From the NCBI GenBank assembly GCA_021513715.1, contig CP084167.1, positions 928,001 to 992,000 on the forward strand: a DNA stretch of 64,000 bases, given 5' to 3'. The stretch is from Candidatus Heimdallarchaeum endolithica. GTDB lineage: Archaea > Asgardarchaeota > Heimdallarchaeia > Heimdallarchaeales > Heimdallarchaeaceae. The notes under the pieces were generated by a model. It saw nothing but the letters and a program-made list of their open reading frames with translations. It made no database searches and had not been told where the DNA came from. Of the stretch, positions 9,068 to 18,393 are shown in pieces (within the stretch, counting starts at the first letter, position 1; the number at the start of each line of letters is the position of its first letter). The translations under genes were made by a program, and so were the position numbers.

Positions 9068-10537
9068 TTATTCTTCTGAATTGATTTTAGGAATAACTTC
9101 GATTTTTTCTTTTTCATCTATTACTATAGGCTCTTTGAAACTTATCCAGTAAGTCTTGTTCATTATTGTATCGACATCTAATCTGTTTGAAACTTCTTTT
9201 GTTCCCAAACTTGCTAATCTTACAATAAACCACTCAAAACTGTATTTGAAGTTTTTCTTGCTCCACGCAACAATCAACAAATGGTAGCAATAAGTTACAA
9301 AAAGAGCCACTAAGAGAACATATCCTGCTTTTTCATAAGGAAGCTTATCTCTAACTAAGTCATCGTCGACAAGAAAACTGAATATCCAACGAGGAAGCAA
9401 AGAGAAAATCTGGAGTGAATAAACTGTCAGAGCTACTATTCCCCATAGCCTCATTGTTCGCACAAATCTTCTATTTGCAAACTTTTCAGGATTTCCTTTA
9501 TATTCTACATAGTTTAGTAATAAAGCTACTACTCCGATCCAAGCAAAAAGAAGAAACATAAAATAAGAAAGATTAGGTCTATTCCAAGTAAAATCAAAGC
9601 GAACTAATGGATCTTTTGTTATTTCACCGACAACCAACAAGATTCCTCCTAAAATCGCAAAACCTAAACTTGTCATCCCTAAATATTGTGGAATTTTATT
9701 TGAGGGTTTAGGTTTAGCTAGTAGTATCCCTATTATTGAACCAATAAATGATACAGATAAGAAGGGGAATAAGGGTTCTAAATCTCCTGTAAGAACAACA
9801 AAAATATAAGTTACAAAGTTGTGATAACTTCGAGCTGTCCCTTCGTTAGGCCATATAGGATAAAGAGGATCAATTAACCTCCAAATTGGATAACTTAAAG
9901 CTAAGATAGCAAAAGTTAATCCAGCATAAACAAGAATATTACGTTTAATCTTCAAATATCCTTTGTTTTTAATTAGAAAATAGTGAACAATACCATTAAT
10001 TATCATACACCAACCGATTGCTTGCAAAGTCTCCATTGTAAAGAAAGCCCTACCAAATCTTTGCCAGAAATCTTCTACTGTGTGAATAGCCCAAGGTGTA
10101 GTTCCTTTTGATCTTATTGAAGAACCAATGTATCCATAGTAAAACAATCCTTCTGTAATTGCTCCTACAATCAGTAATCCCACGCCTGTAAGTATCTGTT
10201 TAGCTAAAATTTTATTAGGGTCATATCCTTTTGCTGCTTTTTTAGTCATAGCCAAAACGTTAACTATAGCTGAAATTAAGAGAAAATAACCTGCCCACCC
10301 ACTTAAAAAAGCTAATAGAAAAACACTAATAATAATGAGTGGACTCTTTTGTAAAAGCTGGTCAATGTTAGTAGCCCAAGAAATATCATAAATGTGTTGT
10401 ATTTCATGTAAAACAACCATCATAAAAATCGCCAACCCTCTCTGAAAGTCTAGAGAGGCTATTCTTTTCATTTGTTTTATTTCATTCATTTCAACTGATT
10501 CTTTTGTTAAATTTGACATTTTACGCTCTCTTTTCAA
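9068..10537 (-). CDS. Multi-pass membrane protein, HGSNAT/DUF1624-like acyltransferase domain
   Basis: RIASLDFQRGLAIFMMVVLH, ETLQAIG, PLFPFL; many TM helices; true start may be a downstream Met. Confidence 0.7.
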   Translation of the reverse strand: MKRERKMSNLTKESVEMNEIKQMKRIASLDFQRGLAIFMMVVLHEIQHIYDISWATNIDQLLQKSPLIIISVFLLAFLSGWAGYFLLISAIVNVLAMTKKAAKGYDPNKILAKQILTGVGLLIVGAITEGLFYYGYIGSSIRSKGTTPWAIHTVEDFWQRFGRAFFTMETLQAIGWCMIINGIVHYFLIKNKGYLKIKRNILVYAGLTFAILALSYPIWRLIDPLYPIWPNEGTARSYHNFVTYIFVVLTGDLEPLFPFLSVSFIGSIIGILLAKPKPSNKIPQYLGMTSLGFAILGGILLVVGEITKDPLVRFDFTWNRPNLSYFMFLLFAWIGVVALLLNYVEYKGNPEKFANRRFVRTMRLWGIVALTVYSLQIFSLLPRWIFSFLVDDDLVRDKLPYEKAGYVLLVALFVTYCYHLLIVAWSKKNFKYSFEWFIVRLASLGTKEVSNRLDVDTIMNKTYWISFKEPIVIDEKEKIEVIPKINSEE

Positions 10538-10671
10538 AGTTTTTTCCGCTGTCTTTTAAAACTTTCTTTAATCTTTGTATATAACTAATAGAAGGAGAGA
10601 AAATAGAGCGAGTTTATTTCAATTCAATTAACCAAATAAAAATTAAATTAAAAACTAAATGATAAAAGCAC

Positions 10672-12021
10672 TTATTCTTTTTCATTATCCTTCTCTATAA
10701 ATTTAAAGAAACTGGCTTTTTCATTTGGGTAAATTAATGTTGACATTCCTACTGAAGTTCTGTTAATTATCTCCTTCCCTTCAAGTTTGTTCAAAATTCG
10801 AGAGACTGTAGCTTGGGATAAACCTGTTTTTGCAGCAACAGACGCTTGATTTTGTCCTGGTTTTTCTATTATTATTCTCATAATCTTCTCTTCCTTCTCA
10901 TTCAGGAATTTGGAAAGCTTGCCTAAATCGTATTTTTTTGTTTTCTTCTTTTCTATTTTTGCTACTTCTTCCTTGCTGTTCTGCCAGATAAAGAAAATTA
11001 TCACTAAACTAGCAATCAAGAAAGAAAAAAGAAAAATAGATACTATCATCCAAGGGTTAATATCAGCAACAACATAAGCATGAACTGTACATTCTGTTAC
11101 TTGTTTGGACAAATTAGATTGGAAAATTATTTTACCCGATTGTTCTCCAGCTTGAAGTTTTATTTCAATAGTTACTTTTTTTTGTTCCAAAGGAAGAAGA
11201 TCAATAGTTTTGTATTTAGTTGAAATCCAAGTAACGTTAGCTGTAATGTTTACCTGTTGATGAACATTCAAGATATTTGTTAAAGTAAAAATCTGTTTAA
11301 TTTTATTAGCACTTCGAGGAATATATCCTACTTCCCATACCAGCGGAGAAACTAAAAAGACATTTTCCAAAGATTTGTACTTAATTAATAAAACAAAGTT
11401 GCTTGAATCAGCGTAGTTCCAAGTAAGTTTCAATTTTTCTCCTATAGTACTGATTGTTTGTGGTTCAGGATTAGAGGAATATAAAGAAAGACTGTTTGTT
11501 AGAAAAGTGGTTATTGAAAGAATAGAGACTGATTGGGTGAAAAAAATCCTAAAATCAAAATTTAAAGTCCCTTGTTCTTCTTTATTTTCGCTTAAAAATG
11601 CAATATAGAAAGAGTATTTTTCGCCTACTGAAAGAGCGCGAGGCAATCTGTAAATTATCTCAGTATATCCACTTGTTAAGTTATAGAAAGCAGAGATAAG
11701 GAGATTTCTTCCCAAACTATCAGAAACTAGTAACTGAGAGACATTCCCCCAAATAAAAACCTTGTCTGTAATTGAAGTAGAGTTTTCTTTAGTTTGTAAA
11801 TACTCAACACTTACATTACAACGTGAAGAGAAAAAATAAATATCAATCACTATATCAACAGAAACAATTTTGGCAGAGTTAACAAGTTTAGGTTCTTTGT
11901 AATGCGATAGCTCAGGAGAGTAGTAAGCCTTAAAATTTAAGTTTACAGCAAATAATGGCTGAAATAGTAATAGAACAAAAACAAAAATAAGAAATTTTTT
12001 TACAGATGAAGATTTTATCAT
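10672..12021 (-). CDS. Membrane-anchored regulator: signal peptide, extracellular beta domains, one TM, C-terminal winged HTH
   Basis: Hydrophobic N-terminus, TM WMIVSIFLFSFLIASLVIIFFIW, then LNEKEEKIMRII..NQASVAAKTGLSQATVSRILNKLEGKEII. Confidence 0.8.
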   Translation of the reverse strand: MIKSSSVKKFLIFVFVLLLFQPLFAVNLNFKAYYSPELSHYKEPKLVNSAKIVSVDIVIDIYFFSSRCNVSVEYLQTKENSTSITDKVFIWGNVSQLLVSDSLGRNLLISAFYNLTSGYTEIIYRLPRALSVGEKYSFYIAFLSENKEEQGTLNFDFRIFFTQSVSILSITTFLTNSLSLYSSNPEPQTISTIGEKLKLTWNYADSSNFVLLIKYKSLENVFLVSPLVWEVGYIPRSANKIKQIFTLTNILNVHQQVNITANVTWISTKYKTIDLLPLEQKKVTIEIKLQAGEQSGKIIFQSNLSKQVTECTVHAYVVADINPWMIVSIFLFSFLIASLVIIFFIWQNSKEEVAKIEKKKTKKYDLGKLSKFLNEKEEKIMRIIIEKPGQNQASVAAKTGLSQATVSRILNKLEGKEIINRTSVGMSTLIYPNEKASFFKFIEKDNEKE

Positions 12022-12096
12022 TTTCTTATTTACTAAGGATTACGTGTTTTTAATTCTTATCAAATAAAAAAATAAAAAGAAAAAAAGAGAATAATT

Positions 12097-13575
12097 CTAG
12101 AATTCAATATCAGCATAATCAAAGAATTCAAGATAAGTTACTTCTAATCCTCCATTTCCATTATCGTCTATTATTTCTATCCATAACCCACCGTTATCAT
12201 CTGAATAAAGTTCTACATACCAGTAACCATATGAAAAACTTATCCACAGCTCATAATCAAGATTATCTTGTATGAATTGTTGAACTTCAGGCAAAGTTAA
12301 AACAAACTCTTCTACTTCTTGTTCTGTATGGAGAGGAGGTTCAGGGATATAGTATTCTAAATAGATTACTTCTCCAGTAATGTCATCTATTTCTGCAAAA
12401 AGATAAGCCTCCCAAGAGAAAGAAGAGTAAATGTCTATATACCAGTATCCAAAACCATCGTACCAGATGTACATTTCTGTATCATCTACGTTTGCTAGAA
12501 ATTCTTGGACTTCTGGTAAATCTAAAACAATTGCCTTTATCTCTTCTTCTGTATGAATTGCAGGAGTAGTCATCAGTTTATCTATAATTTCTCCTGTTGT
12601 ATCGTCAATATATAGCTCGATCCAATCAGTATAGTTGTAGTTATAAAAACCTACTACCCAAGTAACGTTGGTAGAATAATCAATTGGATAACCTATTTCT
12701 CCATTTTCGGTATCTACTGTTTCTGTAGTATTAGTTCCGTCGTCTCCATGGTTATCATTTATTTCTCCTACTTCAGGAACAGTCATATTATCTCCAAATT
12801 CCTCATCGTAACAGTAAAACCAATCCATTAAATAAACATAGACTTCGTAATCAGGATTGTTTGTAACAAAAGTTTGAACATCAGGGTCTGTCAGTGCTAT
12901 TTCTACAACCTCTTGTGGAGTAAGAGTAGTATTGTATATATCCTTTGAAGAATAAACATCTACTATCGCTCCTGTAATATCGTCAATAGTAACAGTACAC
13001 CATGAAAAGTAATAGTCATCATAAAAATCAACAAACCAGTATTGATAAAAGTCATAGTAGGCATATACTTCATATTCAGGATTTTGCTCTATAAAGTTTT
13101 TAACTTCCTCATTCTCTAAAGCAATGGCTATAACTTGCTCCTCTGTTAGATTAGACTCATCCGAATAATAGAATGCTTCACTTTCAACAACTTCACCATT
13201 ATTATCTTCAACAATAGCATAAGCATAACTCATCCAGTCATCAGCATAAAACTCTACATACCAATAACCAAATCCATCGTAATAACAATATTCTTCCACA
13301 CTAGAATAATTAGAAAGAAATTCTTGTATTATAGGATCGCTTTTAGCTATGTTTTTCACTTGCTCCTCAGTTAATTTGGCAGGTATTGTATCATTATATT
13401 CTGTATAACCTGTATTGTCAAGATTATTTTCATCATTTCCCTTTTCATTATTAATAAAAACAGGTGGTAATTCTTTGTTCTTTTTAGCATTTGTTCCAAC
13501 TACTATTCCAATTGCAATAGAAGAAATGAACAAGCTCATGAAAGCAGTAACCAAAATTTTTTGCTTCAAATTCAT
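12097..13575 (-). CDS. Membrane-anchored acidic protein with five PepSY-like repeats
   Basis: Five units T.E(Q/E)V..IA....V..F....YW.V.FY....V.IDD.TGE.; N-terminal TM; start at MNLKQK (13575) preferred over 13638. Confidence 0.7.
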   Translation of the reverse strand: MNLKQKILVTAFMSLFISSIAIGIVVGTNAKKNKELPPVFINNEKGNDENNLDNTGYTEYNDTIPAKLTEEQVKNIAKSDPIIQEFLSNYSSVEEYCYYDGFGYWYVEFYADDWMSYAYAIVEDNNGEVVESEAFYYSDESNLTEEQVIAIALENEEVKNFIEQNPEYEVYAYYDFYQYWFVDFYDDYYFSWCTVTIDDITGAIVDVYSSKDIYNTTLTPQEVVEIALTDPDVQTFVTNNPDYEVYVYLMDWFYCYDEEFGDNMTVPEVGEINDNHGDDGTNTTETVDTENGEIGYPIDYSTNVTWVVGFYNYNYTDWIELYIDDTTGEIIDKLMTTPAIHTEEEIKAIVLDLPEVQEFLANVDDTEMYIWYDGFGYWYIDIYSSFSWEAYLFAEIDDITGEVIYLEYYIPEPPLHTEQEVEEFVLTLPEVQQFIQDNLDYELWISFSYGYWYVELYSDDNGGLWIEIIDDNGNGGLEVTYLEFFDYADIEF

Positions 13576-13693
13576 GTTTTCACCACTATAACATTCTATG
13601 AAATAAGACTTATACCTTACTTGAAAGATATGTTTCAAAAAATGAAATTAAAGTTTAGAGAGTAAAAAAAATGTAAAGAACAATTGTTTTCTT

Positions 13694-14608
13694 CTAAAAA
13701 AATTGTTTTTTTAGACTTTCTTGTGAATTATAAGGCTCTATATGGATAACAATATCCTTGAAAGATCCTGTGTCCTCAAGTTTTTTCTTAAGTTTCTCAG
13801 CAATAAAGTGCGCGTCTTTTACCATCATATCTTCATCTACAAGGAGATGAAAATCTCCTGTCCATTGATCATAAATTCTACGTAATCTAACAAGATGGAC
13901 CTCTTTAACATGTTCACACTCTAAACCTTTTTCTTCAATAAGTTTAACTATATCTTCAGGAGGACCTCTATCTAATAAAATAGGTAAACTGTCTTTAGCG
14001 ATATCATAACCAGTAAGGATGATAACAACGACAATTAATAAAGCTAACACAGGGTCTAACCAGTAAACTTCGAAATAAGCCCCAATAATTGCTCCAACAA
14101 CTAAAAAAGAAGCAATAACGTCACTACGAAAGTTTTTGCTCAGTGAAAGTATAGAAGGAGAATTGAGCTTCTTTCCAATAACAAATAAAACATAAGACAA
14201 AAAGAACTTACCAACAATACTCGTTAAAGCAACAATAAGAATAATCCACTTAAAAACTAAAAAATCTTGGTTAATCAGTCTACTAATCGCTTCTTCTGCA
14301 ATCTGATAAGAAGAAAAAATCATGAATACAACAATAGCTAAACTTAGAAGAAATTGGAACTTTTCATGACCAAAAGGATAATCACGGTCAGCAGGTTTCT
14401 TACCCATCTTCTCGCCAACACCAGCAAAAATAGACATAATAAGATCAAGCAAAGAATCAAAACCATCAGCCAATAAACTAACAGAATTAAATAATATTCC
14501 AACAACGATTTTAAGAGTCATTAATATTGAATTAATAAATAAAGACAATCCAGTAGCAATAAAATTTAAATAAAATTTTGCCATAAAGGATTTTTTTTTG
14601 ATATCCAA
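13694..14608 (-). CDS. Cation diffusion facilitator (FieF-like) transporter
   Basis: SLLADGFDSLLD, PADRDYPFGHEK, C-terminal H..AH..IHIEP. Confidence 0.92.
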   Translation of the reverse strand: MDIKKKSFMAKFYLNFIATGLSLFINSILMTLKIVVGILFNSVSLLADGFDSLLDLIMSIFAGVGEKMGKKPADRDYPFGHEKFQFLLSLAIVVFMIFSSYQIAEEAISRLINQDFLVFKWIILIVALTSIVGKFFLSYVLFVIGKKLNSPSILSLSKNFRSDVIASFLVVGAIIGAYFEVYWLDPVLALLIVVVIILTGYDIAKDSLPILLDRGPPEDIVKLIEEKGLECEHVKEVHLVRLRRIYDQWTGDFHLLVDEDMMVKDAHFIAEKLKKKLEDTGSFKDIVIHIEPYNSQESLKKQFF

Positions 14609-14714
14609 TAAACTTTTCTTTATGTATAAAGCTAATCAAGAATCACAGTATATTTGTTTAAGATAAAAAAAACTATGGTTATAAAATCTTGAATATCTAT
14701 AATTAAAAAAAGAG

Positions 14715-15686
14715 CTATAGATTGCTATTTTTTTCAACCCAGCTTATGTATTTTTTTAATCCTTCATCAATTGTTACTTTTGGTTCATAATCAAGAAGTT
14801 CTTTAGCTTTCGTTATATCAGCCAAAGTTTCAACTGCATCAGATCTATATTTTGCCTTATAGATAATTTTTGCTTTTTTACCAGTATATTGTTCTATCTT
14901 TTTAATTAAAGAAGAAAGAGAAATTGACTTTCCTGTCCCTAAATTAATAATCTCAAATTTTAACCTTTTTTTAGTAGCTTTCATAAATCCTTTAACAATA
15001 TCGTCAACATAAGTAAAATCACGCTTTGTTGACCCATCACCATAAACAACAATTGGTTTATCTTGTCTAATTGCATGAACAAAACGATGGATAGCCATAT
15101 CAGGACGTTGATGTGGTCCATAAACAGAAAAAAGTCTTAAAGAACAAAAATTAACACTATATAAGTAAGAATAGGTTTCACCATATAATTCACAAGAACG
15201 TTTACTTACACCATAAGGAGATGTAGGATGAGGAAGCATTGTTTCTTTTAAAGCTCCATTATTATTTCCATAGACAGAAGATGAACTACTAAAAATAAAT
15301 TGATTAATATCATACAATCTACACAACTCTAAGAGATTGTTTGTTGCCTTTATATTATTATCAACGTATTTCAAAGGCTCTAATATTGATTCTCTTACTC
15401 CCACATTTGCTGCTAAATGAATAATTATATCAATATTATACTTCTTTAATATTTTTTTGATTTTTGAAAAATTAAGCAAATCTGCTTTTATAAATGAGAA
15501 ATTATTATGTTCTTTTAGTTTTTTAAGTCTATTTGTTTGAATTGAAGAATCATAACTAGCACTTAAATTATCTATTCCAATTACATTACTGTTCAGAAGT
15601 AAAAGATTGTTGCATAAATTAAAACCTATAAATCCTGTACAGCCAGTAACTAGAACATTCTGAACTTTAAAATTTTTCTTGCTCAT
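14715..15686 (-). CDS. NAD-dependent nucleotide-sugar epimerase (UDP-glucuronate 4-epimerase-like)
   Basis: TGCTGFIG, HLAANVGVRES, SSSSVYG, YGVSK, VYGP.QRPDMA, RDFTYVDD. Confidence 0.88.
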   Translation of the reverse strand: MSKKNFKVQNVLVTGCTGFIGFNLCNNLLLLNSNVIGIDNLSASYDSSIQTNRLKKLKEHNNFSFIKADLLNFSKIKKILKKYNIDIIIHLAANVGVRESILEPLKYVDNNIKATNNLLELCRLYDINQFIFSSSSSVYGNNNGALKETMLPHPTSPYGVSKRSCELYGETYSYLYSVNFCSLRLFSVYGPHQRPDMAIHRFVHAIRQDKPIVVYGDGSTKRDFTYVDDIVKGFMKATKKRLKFEIINLGTGKSISLSSLIKKIEQYTGKKAKIIYKAKYRSDAVETLADITKAKELLDYEPKVTIDEGLKKYISWVEKNSNL

Positions 15687-15752
15687 TTACCTAAAAAAAG
15701 TGCTGCTGTATAAAAATAGTTTGTTACTTAATCAAAAAAAACGATAAATTAA

Positions 15753-16760
15753 CTATATTACTCCATTCCTGATAAACGAATAGTCACCTACTTTAAGAGA
15801 ATGAGCTTTTAATCCTATGACTTCACTGTTTGTTCCAACAACAGAATCAGAAATAAATACCCTTTCTAGTTTGGAATTTTCTAATATAACAGAATTTTTA
15901 ATCTCACTGTTTTCCACCTTAACACCCTTTTCGATCATTACATAGGGTCCAATTGTGGAAGAATTAATTTCACAGTCTTCAGCAATATATACTGGAGGAA
16001 CTATATTCGAATTCTTAATATTCCCAAGTATTTTATGAGTTTTTTCATTTAAATAGTGTTTATTTACAGCTAATAAATCTTCGGGATAACCAATGTCTAA
16101 TCTCCAACCATTGATTTTAGAAACCTTGACCTTATAGTTATTGTCCACTAATCTTTGTATTGCATCAGTAAGTTCATATTCTCCACGAGCAGAAGGCTGT
16201 AATCCAGATATCATCTGAAATATTATAGGCGAGAATACATAAAAACCTGAAATAACATAATTACTCTTTGGGTTTTTCGGTTTTTCTTCTAAAGATATAA
16301 CATTATCATTTTCGTCGATTTCAACTACTCCAAAACGTTGAGGATTTTCATGTTCTTCAATGTGCAAAGTTGCTGCTGCATTTGATGAAGTATGAAGATC
16401 AATTACCTTCTTTAAGTTTGCAGAAAATAGATTATCACCTAATAGAACGACAAAATCGTTAGATATTTTGTCCTCTATCAGATTTACTGCAGCTGCTAAA
16501 CCATGAGCTTGATTTGTATGTTGAATTACATAAGAAATATTTATTCCTAAATCTTCACCGTTTTTAAAATAATCAATAATTGCATTTCTTTGATATCCAA
16601 CAACAATGATAATATCATCAATATCTAGCATGTCACGCATATATTCAATTGAACGGTGTAAAATGGGTTTGCCAGCAACAGGTAAGAGATGCTTTGGTCT
16701 GAAACTGGTGAATGGTAACAAGCGACTACCGTGCCCAGCTGCAAGAACTACTCCTTTCAT
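15753..16760 (-). CDS. Sugar-1-phosphate nucleotidyltransferase (long-form glucose-1-phosphate thymidylyltransferase-like)
   Basis: LAAGHGSRLLP.T..PK, LGDN, EEKP, PSARGEYELTDAI, C-terminal left-handed beta-helix. Confidence 0.9.
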   Translation of the reverse strand: MKGVVLAAGHGSRLLPFTSFRPKHLLPVAGKPILHRSIEYMRDMLDIDDIIIVVGYQRNAIIDYFKNGEDLGINISYVIQHTNQAHGLAAAVNLIEDKISNDFVVLLGDNLFSANLKKVIDLHTSSNAAATLHIEEHENPQRFGVVEIDENDNVISLEEKPKNPKSNYVISGFYVFSPIIFQMISGLQPSARGEYELTDAIQRLVDNNYKVKVSKINGWRLDIGYPEDLLAVNKHYLNEKTHKILGNIKNSNIVPPVYIAEDCEINSSTIGPYVMIEKGVKVENSEIKNSVILENSKLERVFISDSVVGTNSEVIGLKAHSLKVGDYSFIRNGVI

Positions 16761-16921
16761 TAATTAGTAAAACTACATCTAGTATTTAAAAATTAGGATT
16801 TAGATTAAAAAAAAAATTTAAAATGAAAGAAACAACAAAAAACTAGATAACAATAGCTTTCTCAGATAAATTAAAGAAAAAATATAACCTAGTCTATGAA
16901 TAACAAATTTTAAAAACTTAC

Positions 16922-18136
16922 TTGAAAATCAATTTTGAAGAGAGTAGAACTAAAATGGAAGGAAGAAATATTTTTAAGAAGGTTGGATTTTTTTGTGCAG
17001 CTTTTTCATTTTTGCTTTTAACGTTAATGTTATTTGTGTTTTTAATCATAGAATTTGTCCAATCAGCAATACTATGGATATCTATGCTATCAGAAATAAA
17101 ACAAGGTTTGTCATTATATATATTATCGTTATCGTTAATAATAATATTTACCTTTGGAATTATACTTTACATAATTGGAGAATTTGTACAATTTTTCTTT
17201 GGTAAATATCAATCCTTACTTTTGGATAAAAAAGAATATGTTTTATCTCCAGAAGAAAAAGAAATGGTTACAGTAATCATCCCTGCTTACAATGAAGAAG
17301 AAACTATTGAGAAAGCTATTAAAGAAGTAAAGCCTTACTGTAATCATGTAGTAGTAATAAATGATGGTTCTACTGACAATACAAAACAAAAGGCTGAGAT
17401 GGCAGGTGCAATAGTAGTTAACCATAAACTAAATCAAGGTTTAGGAAAATCACTTCGAGATGGAGTGAGAAAAGCTTTATCTCTAGGATCAGAAATTATA
17501 ATAAACTTTGATGCAGACCTTCAATATAAAGCAAAAGATATTCCAAGTCTAGTTTACTATATAATACATGAAGATTATGACTTAATGATGGGCTCAAGGT
17601 TGGCAGGAAAAATCGAAAAGATGCATTGGTTTAAAAAATTTGGTAATAAATTATACACAAAACTATTAAGGTATTTAACAAAAGTGGGTATTTCAGATGG
17701 TCAAACAGGATTTAGAGCTTTTAGTGCCGAATTTGCAAAACAAATAAAAATTAGAGGAGACTTTACTTATACTCAAGAAATGATACTAGAAGCAGTATCA
17801 AAAAAATCTAAAATAGGTGAAGTACCTATTTATTTCAGAAAACGAGATTCAGGTTCATCAAGACTAATGAAAAACCCAATGCACTTTGCCAAAGCAAGTG
17901 GAATATTTTTACTGAAAGTTTTAGTGGATCTAAATCCTTTGAAAGTATATTCATTATTTAGCTCTTTCTTAATTATTATTGGATACTATTTAGGTGGAAA
18001 ATACGTGTTAGATTGGTTTGTTATTGGAGAGATAAGTAATCCATTTTGGGCAACAATTGGTGTAATAATTGTGATGACTGCTATAATCATACTTTCTTTT
18101 GGATTTTTAATAAGCGCAACTAAGCATGATAATTAG
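16922..18136 (+). CDS. GT2 glycosyltransferase, DPM1-like (polyprenol-phosphate glycosyltransferase)
   Basis: IPAYNEE, NDGSTD, DADLQY, GSR, DGQTGFRAF, EVPI.F..R..G.SRL; N- and C-terminal TMs. Confidence 0.88.
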   Translation: MKINFEESRTKMEGRNIFKKVGFFCAAFSFLLLTLMLFVFLIIEFVQSAILWISMLSEIKQGLSLYILSLSLIIIFTFGIILYIIGEFVQFFFGKYQSLLLDKKEYVLSPEEKEMVTVIIPAYNEEETIEKAIKEVKPYCNHVVVINDGSTDNTKQKAEMAGAIVVNHKLNQGLGKSLRDGVRKALSLGSEIIINFDADLQYKAKDIPSLVYYIIHEDYDLMMGSRLAGKIEKMHWFKKFGNKLYTKLLRYLTKVGISDGQTGFRAFSAEFAKQIKIRGDFTYTQEMILEAVSKKSKIGEVPIYFRKRDSGSSRLMKNPMHFAKASGIFLLKVLVDLNPLKVYSLFSSFLIIIGYYLGGKYVLDWFVIGEISNPFWATIGVIIVMTAIIILSFGFLISATKHDN

Positions 18137-18393
18137 AAAAATTATTCTTTTATTTTTATTTTTTCTTGATTTATAGCGAATGATAGCTTAAAAGTCTTTT
18201 AACTTTAAGAATAGGAGGTACACCTTCGAGCAACAATTAGATTGGTGAGTCCATAAATTGTTCTCATGTGTAAAAAGTTCAAAGATTTATTAGAAGATAT
18301 GTTAATATAGTAAGAATATAGAAGCAAAAATTAGATTCATAATGAATTTGACCAACTGTCGGTAGCGTACAAATAGATAACTTCATAATTGAA

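Noticed and set aside
18219-18272. Possible eukaryote-type SECIS on the minus strand (ATGA...GA around a stem)
   Set aside because: The GA of ATGA pairs canonically with TC, there is no apical AA, and the upstream gene has no in-frame TGA
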